A stretch of 64,000 nucleotides of DNA from IMG/VR virus record IMGVR_UViG_3300045988_080614; one strand, written 5' to 3'. Origin of the DNA: a virus. Below, one piece after another: positions 29,138 to 36,850 of the stretch (position 1 is its first letter; each line of letters begins with the position of its first letter). The notes under the pieces were generated by a model. The model was not told where the DNA came from. It saw only the letters and a list, made by a program, of their open reading frames with translations, and searched no databases. The translations under genes were made by a program, and so were the position numbers.

Positions 29138-29980
29138 TTAAATAATAAAACGTTCTACTTCATCCTCTATAACTTCAATAAAGGAATTAGTTTTAAATGT
29201 ATGTAATTTCTGTAATACACCATAAGCACATATAGCCATTTGTGAATCTTCAAGATAACCTTCTTCTGCTAAATTATCATCAAAGGCTTCTGTTACAAGA
29301 AATTCTACAAAATAACCAATAAAAGCTCTATAATTTGCTAAACCTTTTTGTCCCTCTCCAAATCTTTTAGAAAATACTGTAGGCATTTTTTGAACCCATT
29401 CATTGAGGTCTTTTGGAGTAAAAATAGGACTACCTATAAGTAATTGTTTAACAATATTATTTAAGTCTGTTTCATTAAATTTATACTTATTATAATCAAT
29501 AGATTCATCTGTATCTACTCCTGTTTGAACAGCAGTATTAGTCTTAGAGAAAGGTATATTTGCTTCCTTATATAAAGGTGTTGCCTTTAAAGTAGGTTCA
29601 ACAATAAGATTAGTACGAGGCTCTCTACTAATATTTGTATTTTTAATCTTATCCTTACTAATTTCTTCAATTCTACTAAATAGGTCTGTATAACCAATAT
29701 TTACAGTAGGCTTTTCAATATTCAAGAAGAAATATTCTATTTCATAAGATTCTATAGCATCATATTCATCATTACCTATATTAATAGTTTCTTCACCAAA
29801 GAACTCATATTCAAGTACTTCTGTTACATGAGGAATATGTTTAACTTTTCTTGTAATTGCCGCAGTATATTGACCGGCATTATTAACAATCAAAGATAAG
29901 AAATTATTCATATCAGAACCTTCTTCTTGAAGAGTTCCAAGGTCAGTTCCACTGAAAAACGTTGACATCTGGTCATGTGA
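29138..29980 (-). CDS. JAMM/MPN (JAB) metallopeptidase-domain protein, exon 2
   Basis: The frame is open 4 codons upstream of the track ATG: SHDQMSTFFSGTD. Joined to exon 1 it gives GLMH-SHDQMSTFFSGTD, which is H-x-H-x7-S-x2-D. Confidence 0.75.
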   Translation of the reverse strand, partial: SHDQMSTFFSGTDLGTLQEEGSDMNNFLSLIVNNAGQYTAAITRKVKHIPHVTEVLEYEFFGEETINIGNDEYDAIESYEIEYFFLNIEKPTVNIGYTDLFSRIEEISKDKIKNTNISREPRTNLIVEPTLKATPLYKEANIPFSKTNTAVQTGVDTDESIDYNKYKFNETDLNNIVKQLLIGSPIFTPKDLNEWVQKMPTVFSKRFGEGQKGLANYRAFIGYFVEFLVTEAFDDNLAEEGYLEDSQMAICAYGVLQKLHTFKTNSFIEVIEDEVERFII

Positions 29981-30045
29981 CTTAATGTTATCCTTACAGC
30001 TCTTTATCTGTAAGTTCTTGTTTTTATAATAAAAATAGTTAATTA

Positions 30046-30077
30046 TTTGCTTATTTAAAATCTAATTTGTACCTTTG
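30046..30077 (+). promoter_or_regulatory. Bacteroidota-type promoter for the LAGLIDADG ORF
   Basis: TTTG(30046-30049)-N20-TACCTTTG(30070-30077), 11 nt before the first ATG. Confidence 0.55.
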
Positions 30078-30088
30078 CACATAATAAA

Positions 30089-30979
30089 ATGATTTATATT
30101 ATGGGAAAATTAAAATTAGAAAATAAAAAAGATTTAATTTTATCTCTTTATAAAGAAGGTAAAACTCCAATAGAAATATCTAAAATATTAGGTACTTATT
30201 TACAGCCTATAACTAATTTATTAAAAGCTTATATACCTAATATTAAATTTACTCCTAATAAGGGGAATGTTCATTATTTTCATACTATAGATAGTTATGC
30301 AAAAGCTTATATTGTAGGTTTTATAGCTGCTGATGGAGCTTTAGTAAAACCTAAACATGGTAATGATGCTTTAACTATAACAATTAAATATGAAGATAAG
30401 TCTGTTTTAGATTTTATAAAATCTGAAATAGGTAATGAACATAAAATTCAAGAAATAATTCGACCTTCTAGTTTTGATAAAACTAAAATAATTCATCATG
30501 CTAGATACTGTATAACAGATAAAAATATAGCAGATGATTTACATAAATTAGGTATAGATAATAATAAAAGTTTAACTATGGGAAATATTATAGAAAATAT
30601 TCCATATAAATATAGAGATGCTTTTATTATAGGATATTTTGATGGAGATGGTTCTGTAACTATTAGAAACAGATTATATTCTAATGATAGAAATTTTTTA
30701 TGTAAGGATTTCTCTCTATATGTACAAATTAGAGGGACTATTAAATTTCTATCTGGAATATGTAATCATTTAAAAATAACTACTTCTCATATACATCAAA
30801 TTGATTCTATACCACAATTAAGTTTTGCAAATAAAAAAGATACTTATAGATTCTTTCAATGCTATAAAAATCTTCCATTTTATTATAAAAGAAAGTATGA
30901 TAAATTCTTACAAAGAATAAATCATCCTTCTTATGACAAATATAAACAAGTTCAGACTATATCATCATCTATAGAATAA
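30089..30979 (+). CDS. LAGLIDADG homing endonuclease (double-motif), antisense to its host intron
   Basis: YIVGFIAADGAL and FIIGYFDGDGSV are two LAGLIDADG motifs. An alternative ATG is at 30101. The last 10 codons are antisense to the intron core block GATATAGTCTGA. Confidence 0.8.
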   Translation: MIYIMGKLKLENKKDLILSLYKEGKTPIEISKILGTYLQPITNLLKAYIPNIKFTPNKGNVHYFHTIDSYAKAYIVGFIAADGALVKPKHGNDALTITIKYEDKSVLDFIKSEIGNEHKIQEIIRPSSFDKTKIIHHARYCITDKNIADDLHKLGIDNNKSLTMGNIIENIPYKYRDAFIIGYFDGDGSVTIRNRLYSNDRNFLCKDFSLYVQIRGTIKFLSGICNHLKITTSHIHQIDSIPQLSFANKKDTYRFFQCYKNLPFYYKRKYDKFLQRINHPSYDKYKQVQTISSSIE

Positions 30980-31146
30980 TCTATAGAGTTGGGCACTCGT
31001 GTCACTATTATATTCTGCGTGATTAGCAGTTTCAAGTGTTAGTCGTTGAACCTTCAAAGAGGTTTTAACCTCTAAGCTTGGCTGCTGATTGTGGCTTGTC
31101 AACCAGTTTCCAGCAATTCACCCAATTTTATATGCACTCACAGTTA

Positions 31147-31440
31147 ATGCATTAAGCCTTGCTGACATTCTAATAAGTCATGTTCTATCATATAATTACA
31201 GATTTCTGCACTCTTATCAAACTCAGTATAAGTAGCAGAACCATAATCCATAAGACAGAAATCTTTAGCAGTTAATACTAAAGAATTATCTTCAAATCTA
31301 CCAGTATAATCATAGAATAATACTCCACTATATTCATTATTAGGAAATCTAGCACACAAGAATCTAATCTTTTCTTCTAGTTCTGGAGTAATAATTAACT
31401 TATATGTATTATCTTGTTTCTTTAATATATTTTTGTCCAT
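31147..31440 (-). CDS. JAMM/MPN metallopeptidase-domain protein, exon 1
   Basis: PNNEYSGVLFY carries the conserved Glu of the MPN fold. It ends QQGLMH, immediately before the intron TAA. Confidence 0.75.
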
Positions 31441-32524
31441 AATTATAATTTATAAATTCTAATATATTCCGTATTGCCACATTAATATATTTTACATTAA
31501 GAATATATACAGGTTCAATAGTAGTATCAGTATCTATAATCCTCATTTTAACAGGTATATTCTTAAATGTAAATAAGACATCAGTACTAGGACTACAAGA
31601 ACTGTGTCTATTACTATCTTCTTCAGTAAAACATCCTTTATAAAAGACTGCTTTTATAAGAATTTTAGCTCTTACTAACTCATTTAAATCTGTAGAAAGT
31701 TCTTTATTATTAAATCTTTTATTATAAATTGCTATAAACTCATTGCTTATTAATCTAATTAAAGAAGCATCATTATCAGCAAAACTATAAGTATTATTTA
31801 CATATTTAAAAGTAAATACTTTTCTATTTATAAGATTACGTATGGCTTCTTTTATAATAAATGAAATTTCTGAAGAGGTTCTACAACTAGTATCTGAAAA
31901 AATTATTTCTTTATTACTATTATTTCTACCAATATATTCCATTCTGTAATAAGGAACTCCTGCTATAGATTCTACTGTAACATATCTAGCTAATTCCACA
32001 CAGAATAATCTCCATATATTTTCATTATTTTCATCTCTAAGAATAGTACAAGTTGTTCCAATAGGACCTCCTCCTAAACAAGGTCTCTGAAAATAAGCTT
32101 TACCATGACTTAAAGAACCTGAAGGTAAATGGGAATGTGTATAATTACTTTCATATAAAACTTTAGTGAAAGTAGTAACAATCATTTCAAATCTTTTAGC
32201 TTGTTTTCCTGCATAATCAAGTGGTACTTTAACATATAAGTCATGAATATCTACACTATTATCTTTTTCATTAGTAATAGTTACATTAGGAAAATGAACT
32301 AATATAATATATGAAAATTCACATAATGGAAGTAAAGGAGAATTTAAAGTATCTTCCAAGTTTTCACCTTCTGCTATTAAAGTTTCTACAGCATCTTTAA
32401 AATCTTTATCTACTTGAAAGTCTACTTTAGTTTCACCAAAGAAACTTTTAAATATTTCATATACTTTAAGAGCTTCTTCTGTAGGAGTATAATATTTATT
32501 TCTTATCTGTTCTTTTATATCCAT
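31409..32524 (-). CDS. hypothetical protein (371 aa); possible E2/UBC-like core (very tentative)
   Basis: The track start at 32548 is TTG inside a hairpin; the first ATG (MDIKEQ) is at 32524. YTHSHLPSGSLSHGKAYFQRPCLGGGPIG loosely resembles the UBC HPN...C-L segment. The 3' end overlaps the JAMM exon 1 start. Confidence 0.55.
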   Translation of the reverse strand: MDIKEQIRNKYYTPTEEALKVYEIFKSFFGETKVDFQVDKDFKDAVETLIAEGENLEDTLNSPLLPLCEFSYIILVHFPNVTITNEKDNSVDIHDLYVKVPLDYAGKQAKRFEMIVTTFTKVLYESNYTHSHLPSGSLSHGKAYFQRPCLGGGPIGTTCTILRDENNENIWRLFCVELARYVTVESIAGVPYYRMEYIGRNNSNKEIIFSDTSCRTSSEISFIIKEAIRNLINRKVFTFKYVNNTYSFADNDASLIRLISNEFIAIYNKRFNNKELSTDLNELVRAKILIKAVFYKGCFTEEDSNRHSSCSPSTDVLFTFKNIPVKMRIIDTDTTIEPVYILNVKYINVAIRNILEFINYNYGQKYIKETR

Positions 32525-32528
32525 AAGT

Positions 32529-32570
32529 AATAAAAAAGAAGGGAGCAAATATATTACTATACTTACTCCC
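32529..32570 (-). terminator. hairpin plus T-run between the 237-aa gene and the 371-aa gene
   Basis: Minus strand reads GGGAG(32570-32566)-20 nt-CTCCC(32545-32541) followed by TTCTTTTTTATT, ending 4 nt before the ATG at 32524. Confidence 0.45.
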
Positions 32571-32588
32571 TATTAGATTTTTTATAAA

Positions 32589-33302
32589 TTACATGTTTTT
32601 AAACATATCATTAAGTTCATTTGATGAATATGGAGAATCTGATTCCTCTTCCTTTGAAGCATTTGAAGTATCTGAAGTGACATTACCAATAATAGCAATA
32701 TTATCAATATCAATATCATCAGAATAATCCATACCTGCATTCTCCATTTCTTTCAAAAGACTTTCAATAACTTTCCTAAGTTCTGCTTTAGTAACATAGC
32801 TACTAAGGTCAGTAGTCTTCATAGCAGGCTTATTAGGAACTTCCTTCTTTGCAGGAGCTGCTTTAGCTGTAGAAGCTGAAGCATCTGCTATTGCAGGAGC
32901 TGCTTCTTTGTTAAGAATCTTCTGCAAATCTTCTGTCTTACAGTTAGTATAATTCTTACCATAAGTCTTCTTAACTACTTCTGTAAGGTTCTTAACCTTA
33001 ATCTCCTCAATGATAGCCTTTCTATCAAGCTTTGCTCCACTTCTAATCTTCTTTGAAGCATTAGTAATCATAAATACCAAGTTATTAGTAGTAGTTCCCT
33101 TATAAGGAACATCATGTGGAAGGATAGCAGCATCATTCTTCAATTCAATCTTAGTAAGACCCTCAAAGAATGTACAATCAGTATAATCAATACCTGCCTT
33201 AGTAAGGTCTGCTTTGAGTTCTGCCAATGTTGTTGCTGCACTTTCAATAACTTGTGTCTTGTGAGTCTTTGTAGGAATCACTGTAATCTTTCTTTTTTCC
33301 AT
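32589..33302 (-). CDS. hypothetical protein (237 aa) with a possible N-terminal beta-grasp (ubiquitin-like) domain
   Basis: Residues 1-85 have a strand-strand-helix-strand pattern (ITVIP, QVIES, TLAELKADLTKAGI, TFFEG, IELK, LVFMIT) ending KKIRSG. An A/P/K-rich linker follows, then a second copy of the AEL+..L.K...AG(I/M)DY(T/S)D helix. Confidence 0.5.
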   Translation of the reverse strand: MEKRKITVIPTKTHKTQVIESAATTLAELKADLTKAGIDYTDCTFFEGLTKIELKNDAAILPHDVPYKGTTTNNLVFMITNASKKIRSGAKLDRKAIIEEIKVKNLTEVVKKTYGKNYTNCKTEDLQKILNKEAAPAIADASASTAKAAPAKKEVPNKPAMKTTDLSSYVTKAELRKVIESLLKEMENAGMDYSDDIDIDNIAIIGNVTSDTSNASKEEESDSPYSSNELNDMFKNM

Positions 33303-33348
33303 TTTTCTTTAAATTTTAATATATTAAACTTTAATTATTTGTGTTATT

Positions 33349-34371
33349 TCAAAAAGGTAAATCATCATCCATATTTGGTGCTTTAGTCTTATTAAAAGCA
33401 TTATTAAATTCTTCAATAAGTCTTTTTTTACCAAAATAATGATATATATCTGAATAATCTTTTGCTTTATCAATTAAAGGACAATGAATTATCTCAAAAC
33501 CTGTTTTTAATCTAAGATTATAGGCATCTATTTCACCTGCTGAATCTCCATCAAATGCTATATAAATATGGTTATATCTTTTTTGTAAACAATTAATTGC
33601 AGAATCACTTAACTCTGTATTTTCTGATTGAACATATATACAGGGTATATTAACATTAGACCATAGACAGATACTATCTTTCAATGATGAACATATAAGC
33701 AATGTATCTCCTGTCTCTGGAATTTTAGACCACAAACCAATAACACTCTTGTCATTGGAAGATGTCCATTTGTAACCATTTTTATTATAGGGTTGATAAA
33801 TTTTCTTGGTGATATTCCCTTCTTTTCTTTCAATATAACAATATGCTAGTTTATCACAAGCAAATGTATATCTTTTATTATCTTTATATATAATTTTATG
33901 ACTAATAGGATATACTTCAACATACTTTAATAGATTTATATTACATCCATAAGATTCCCAATACTCAACATCATAATTTCTCCATTCTCTAGTTTTAACC
34001 TCTAGTCTGATTTGACTACTACTTATTGTAGCTGAGTTATGTTTAATTTGAGATTTAGAGATATTAATCTGCTTAGTATTAATATTCATATCTTTACTTA
34101 TCTTATCTACTAGTTCTATAAAACTAATATTGTAGATTTGCATAAGTAAATCAAATAAAGACCCTTGTTCTCCTGTTGCAAAGTCTTTATAATGTATATG
34201 TATACCATCACTTGAATATAATCCAAATGAAGGTTTAGAATCATTCCTTAAAGGGCTATTCATTCTAAAAGGAACTTGTGTAATACCAAAGTAGAAATTA
34301 AGTATTTGACCCTCATCTACTTTGTTTAATATATCTTTTAAAGTTATTGAAGTATATCCATTGCTAATCAT
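33349..34371 (-). CDS. DnaG/TOPRIM-type DNA primase with a degenerate zinc-binding region
   Basis: SPLRNDSKPSFGLY...YKDFATGEQGSLFDLLM aligns with the primase CPFH-x-PSF...CFGCG-x-GD pattern but lacks all the Cys residues. TOPRIM motif IAFDGDSAGE. C-terminus is MDDDLPF. Confidence 0.65.
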   Translation of the reverse strand: MISNGYTSITLKDILNKVDEGQILNFYFGITQVPFRMNSPLRNDSKPSFGLYSSDGIHIHYKDFATGEQGSLFDLLMQIYNISFIELVDKISKDMNINTKQINISKSQIKHNSATISSSQIRLEVKTREWRNYDVEYWESYGCNINLLKYVEVYPISHKIIYKDNKRYTFACDKLAYCYIERKEGNITKKIYQPYNKNGYKWTSSNDKSVIGLWSKIPETGDTLLICSSLKDSICLWSNVNIPCIYVQSENTELSDSAINCLQKRYNHIYIAFDGDSAGEIDAYNLRLKTGFEIIHCPLIDKAKDYSDIYHYFGKKRLIEEFNNAFNKTKAPNMDDDLPF

Positions 34372-34383
34372 ATTATTAATATA

Positions 34384-35316
34384 TTAAGCGTTTGCCCAAG
34401 GGTTATTTGTTGGTGCTACAAAAGGATTTTCCTTATTTTCAGCACTAAAATTAGTCTCTGATACAGAATATTCATGAAGTGTTTTATAGTCAAATTCTGT
34501 AGTAGCTAAACCACCATTATTCTTTCTATTCTGAATATCTGCCTCAAGCTTAGATGTAGAATTACTACTATTCTTCATAGTGAAGTGAGTATAAACACTA
34601 GAATATTGCCTACCATCATCAGTAGTTCTTACACCAATAGCAACCTTAACTTTATTATTAGGCTGCAAGGTAATACAATCTTTAAGTTCAGACATATTAC
34701 CCTTGAAATAATCTGTAATGTGGTCAAGTCTACATTCTGCATCCTGTGGATTATCAATCATAACCCAAGAGCCATTAACATACTTCTGACAAGAAGGAAT
34801 ATTCAAATAGTTCTGCAAGAACATAGTAAGAGCTTCTTCACCTCTAAAAGCTGGTCTATAATTATTACTAATACTAAAAGGTTTAACTTCACCTGTCTCT
34901 TTATCAATATATGTAGGAATAGTTTTATTCTTAACATCATCCTGTGTAGCCCAAGCAGTTCTACCATAAGAATCAATTACCTGACACTTAGTATTTTCCT
35001 TATTAGTAAAGATATTATTCTGAATAGAGAATCTAGCTTGGAAGAACTCCTCAATACCATTATTAGTTTCAGGGTCAGATTTCAAGATAAATGTAGGATA
35101 AGCCATCTGAATCTCCTTCCCATCATTATCCTTCATAACCCCATAATACTCAGGGTCCTTAGTAATATCTCTACCATAGAGATTACTAAGTTCTTCCTTA
35201 GAAGGATTAAAGGCTACTACTTTACAGCCTGCAATACCAATATACTTCTTAAATTCAGTAGCTTCTTGAGACTCCTGAACTTTGCCAAATGCCATCAAAC
35301 TAATTGTTGTATTCAT
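34384..35316 (-). CDS. hypothetical protein (310 aa); possible ssDNA-binding protein by position only
   Basis: Lies between the primase and the ATPase, where phage SSB or annealing proteins usually sit. No motif recognised. Confidence 0.6.
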   Translation of the reverse strand: MNTTISLMAFGKVQESQEATEFKKYIGIAGCKVVAFNPSKEELSNLYGRDITKDPEYYGVMKDNDGKEIQMAYPTFILKSDPETNNGIEEFFQARFSIQNNIFTNKENTKCQVIDSYGRTAWATQDDVKNKTIPTYIDKETGEVKPFSISNNYRPAFRGEEALTMFLQNYLNIPSCQKYVNGSWVMIDNPQDAECRLDHITDYFKGNMSELKDCITLQPNNKVKVAIGVRTTDDGRQYSSVYTHFTMKNSSNSTSKLEADIQNRKNNGGLATTEFDYKTLHEYSVSETNFSAENKENPFVAPTNNPWANA

Positions 35317-35344
35317 TTCTTTTATTTTATTTAATTGTTAATAA

Positions 35345-35749
35345 TTAATCAATATTATCATTATTACCTGCATTTCCAAGATTATCAAAAGGAAGTGCTT
35401 CACCAGCATCAGGAATTTCTTCTGTTGGCTCCTGTACAGGAGCAACAAAAGTAAGTACTCTCTTCTTCTGCTGATACTTACCTTCCTTGTCCATCTTAGG
35501 TGTACCGTCCTCATTAAACTGAGGAATCTGCTCATCCTTAATAAGCTGCTTTGAAATAAAACCACCAGTAAGCATCTTAACACCTGCTTCATTAGCCTCA
35601 ATAATAGCTAACTGTTCATCAAGCTCTGCCTGAATTTTATTAAGGTGCTTTTCCAAAGTCTCAATTCTACTATAAATACTAGAATTTGCCTTATAAATGT
35701 TCTTAATCTGAGAAATCTGACGTGATGTCAACTTTGTTAAATCTTTCAT
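35345..35749 (-). CDS. hypothetical coiled-coil protein with acidic C-terminus (134 aa)
   Basis: ORF with ATG start and heptad-like N-terminal half. Confidence 0.6.
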   Translation of the reverse strand: MKDLTKLTSRQISQIKNIYKANSSIYSRIETLEKHLNKIQAELDEQLAIIEANEAGVKMLTGGFISKQLIKDEQIPQFNEDGTPKMDKEGKYQQKKRVLTFVAPVQEPTEEIPDAGEALPFDNLGNAGNNDNID

Positions 35750-35763
35750 TTTTACTTTTATTT

Positions 35764-36063
35764 TTAATATATTAATAATATGTTTTCTTTTGTGTTTCTA
35801 TTAAATATAGAATTAAGGCTTTCTTGTTTAGTTAATGTATGTATTGCATACTTACACATATAATATTTAAGAGCTATCTTTACATATTCACTGTACATTT
35901 CATAAGGTAAAGAAGTTATAGTTTTAACAAATATATCTACATATTTTCTTTCTTTACCTTTTTCAATACAATAATTATCTAATAATAAGATAATATCTTG
36001 TAAAGCAATATGTCCAGATATTAATATAGAAGTAGCAATACTAACTATTTTATTTCTATCCAT
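35764..36063 (-). CDS. hypothetical protein (99 aa)
   Basis: ORF overlapping the ATPase stop. Confidence 0.55.
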   Translation of the reverse strand: MDRNKIVSIATSILISGHIALQDIILLLDNYCIEKGKERKYVDIFVKTITSLPYEMYSEYVKIALKYYMCKYAIHTLTKQESLNSIFNRNTKENILLIY

Positions 36064-36790
36064 ATACCTCTTTAATTTTATCCATTACAATAGATAAATC
36101 ATTAGGAATTTCATCAGGTAAGTCATCAAGTACTCCTAAGCTATCCTTAGCAGGATATTCTCCATCAAACTCTTTAATAAAATGTTTAATAGGTTTCTTA
36201 TTTTCTGCATCATAACCTACTTTACCAAAGAGAATAATGTCAAACTTCCCTTCAGGTGTGATATAATCATCCACCATCTTACCTGTAGTCTTAAACTTAT
36301 AGGAAATAGAATCACCATTTTTATCTTTATACTCTTCATAATGAGCACAACAGATAATATTCTTATTCTCAGGGCATCCTTTAAATGAATCAAAGATAAG
36401 ACCCATTCCATAGCCTATTTGCTTTGGTGTATCCCATCCTCCCTTCATTGCATTTGCCATATAAAAATCTTGTGCAAGATAATTAAAATCATCAATTACA
36501 ATATTCTTATAAGGGCAATTAGGATTCTTAAAAGCATCAATAACTTCTGCTACTTTCTTAAATCTTTCAAGTCCATTAAGACTATCAATCTGCATTCTAT
36601 TTCCTTTAACCATGTCCATCACATTAGTAGATGGACATAACTTAAATTCTGGATTAGGAACAGCCCTACCAATACATTGTATTACAAAAGTTTCTTTAGG
36701 ATTTAAACCTTTAATACCTAATTTCTTTCTACCACAATAACTAGTAGTTTTTCCAAATCCAGACTTTGCTAAAACTAAAATTTTTGCCAT
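36056..36790 (-). CDS. RecA-fold P-loop ATPase (AAA_24 / Sak4-like)
   Basis: N-terminal Walker A KILVLAKSGFGKTTS and Walker B-like NIVIDDFNYL. Confidence 0.5.
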   Translation of the reverse strand: MAKILVLAKSGFGKTTSYCGRKKLGIKGLNPKETFVIQCIGRAVPNPEFKLCPSTNVMDMVKGNRMQIDSLNGLERFKKVAEVIDAFKNPNCPYKNIVIDDFNYLAQDFYMANAMKGGWDTPKQIGYGMGLIFDSFKGCPENKNIICCAHYEEYKDKNGDSISYKFKTTGKMVDDYITPEGKFDIILFGKVGYDAENKKPIKHFIKEFDGEYPAKDSLGVLDDLPDEIPNDLSIVMDKIKEVYG

Positions 36791-36818
36791 TTAACTTCTA
36801 TTCTTTATAAATGAATTG

Positions 36819-36850
36819 CAAAAGTACTATATTTATTTTACTCTAGCAAA
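36819..36850 (-). promoter_or_regulatory. Bacteroidota-type promoter for the ATPase gene, overlapping the helicase 3' end
   Basis: Minus strand reads TTTG(36850-36847)-N20-TACTTTTG(36826-36819), 28 nt upstream of the ATG at 36790. Confidence 0.55.

Larger units (their letters stand above)
29981..31146 (-). mobile_element. group I intron (1166 nt) splitting the JAMM motif, with an antisense LAGLIDADG ORF
   Basis: Exon 1 ends AATGCAT (U at -1) and the intron starts with TAA. The guide GTGCAT (31137-31132) pairs with AUGCAU, giving a U-G pair. The intron ends ...ATTAAG (G at 29981). The core blocks are the same as in the nrdD intron. Confidence 0.8.

Noticed and set aside
29138-31440. Alternative reading: two independent minus-strand genes separated by a free-standing + strand LAGLIDADG gene (no intron)
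   Set aside because: The H-x-H-x7-S-x2-D JAMM motif is reconstituted exactly and in frame only by joining 31147 to 29980. The U-G guide pairing, terminal G and shared ribozyme core blocks with the nrdD intron all support an intron.
34585-35334. 249-aa + strand ORF from the track
   Set aside because: It is entirely antisense to the 310-aa minus-strand ORF in a co-directional gene block. Its composition is dominated by I/L/F/N/S, as expected from reading an AT-rich gene backwards, and it has no promoter box.
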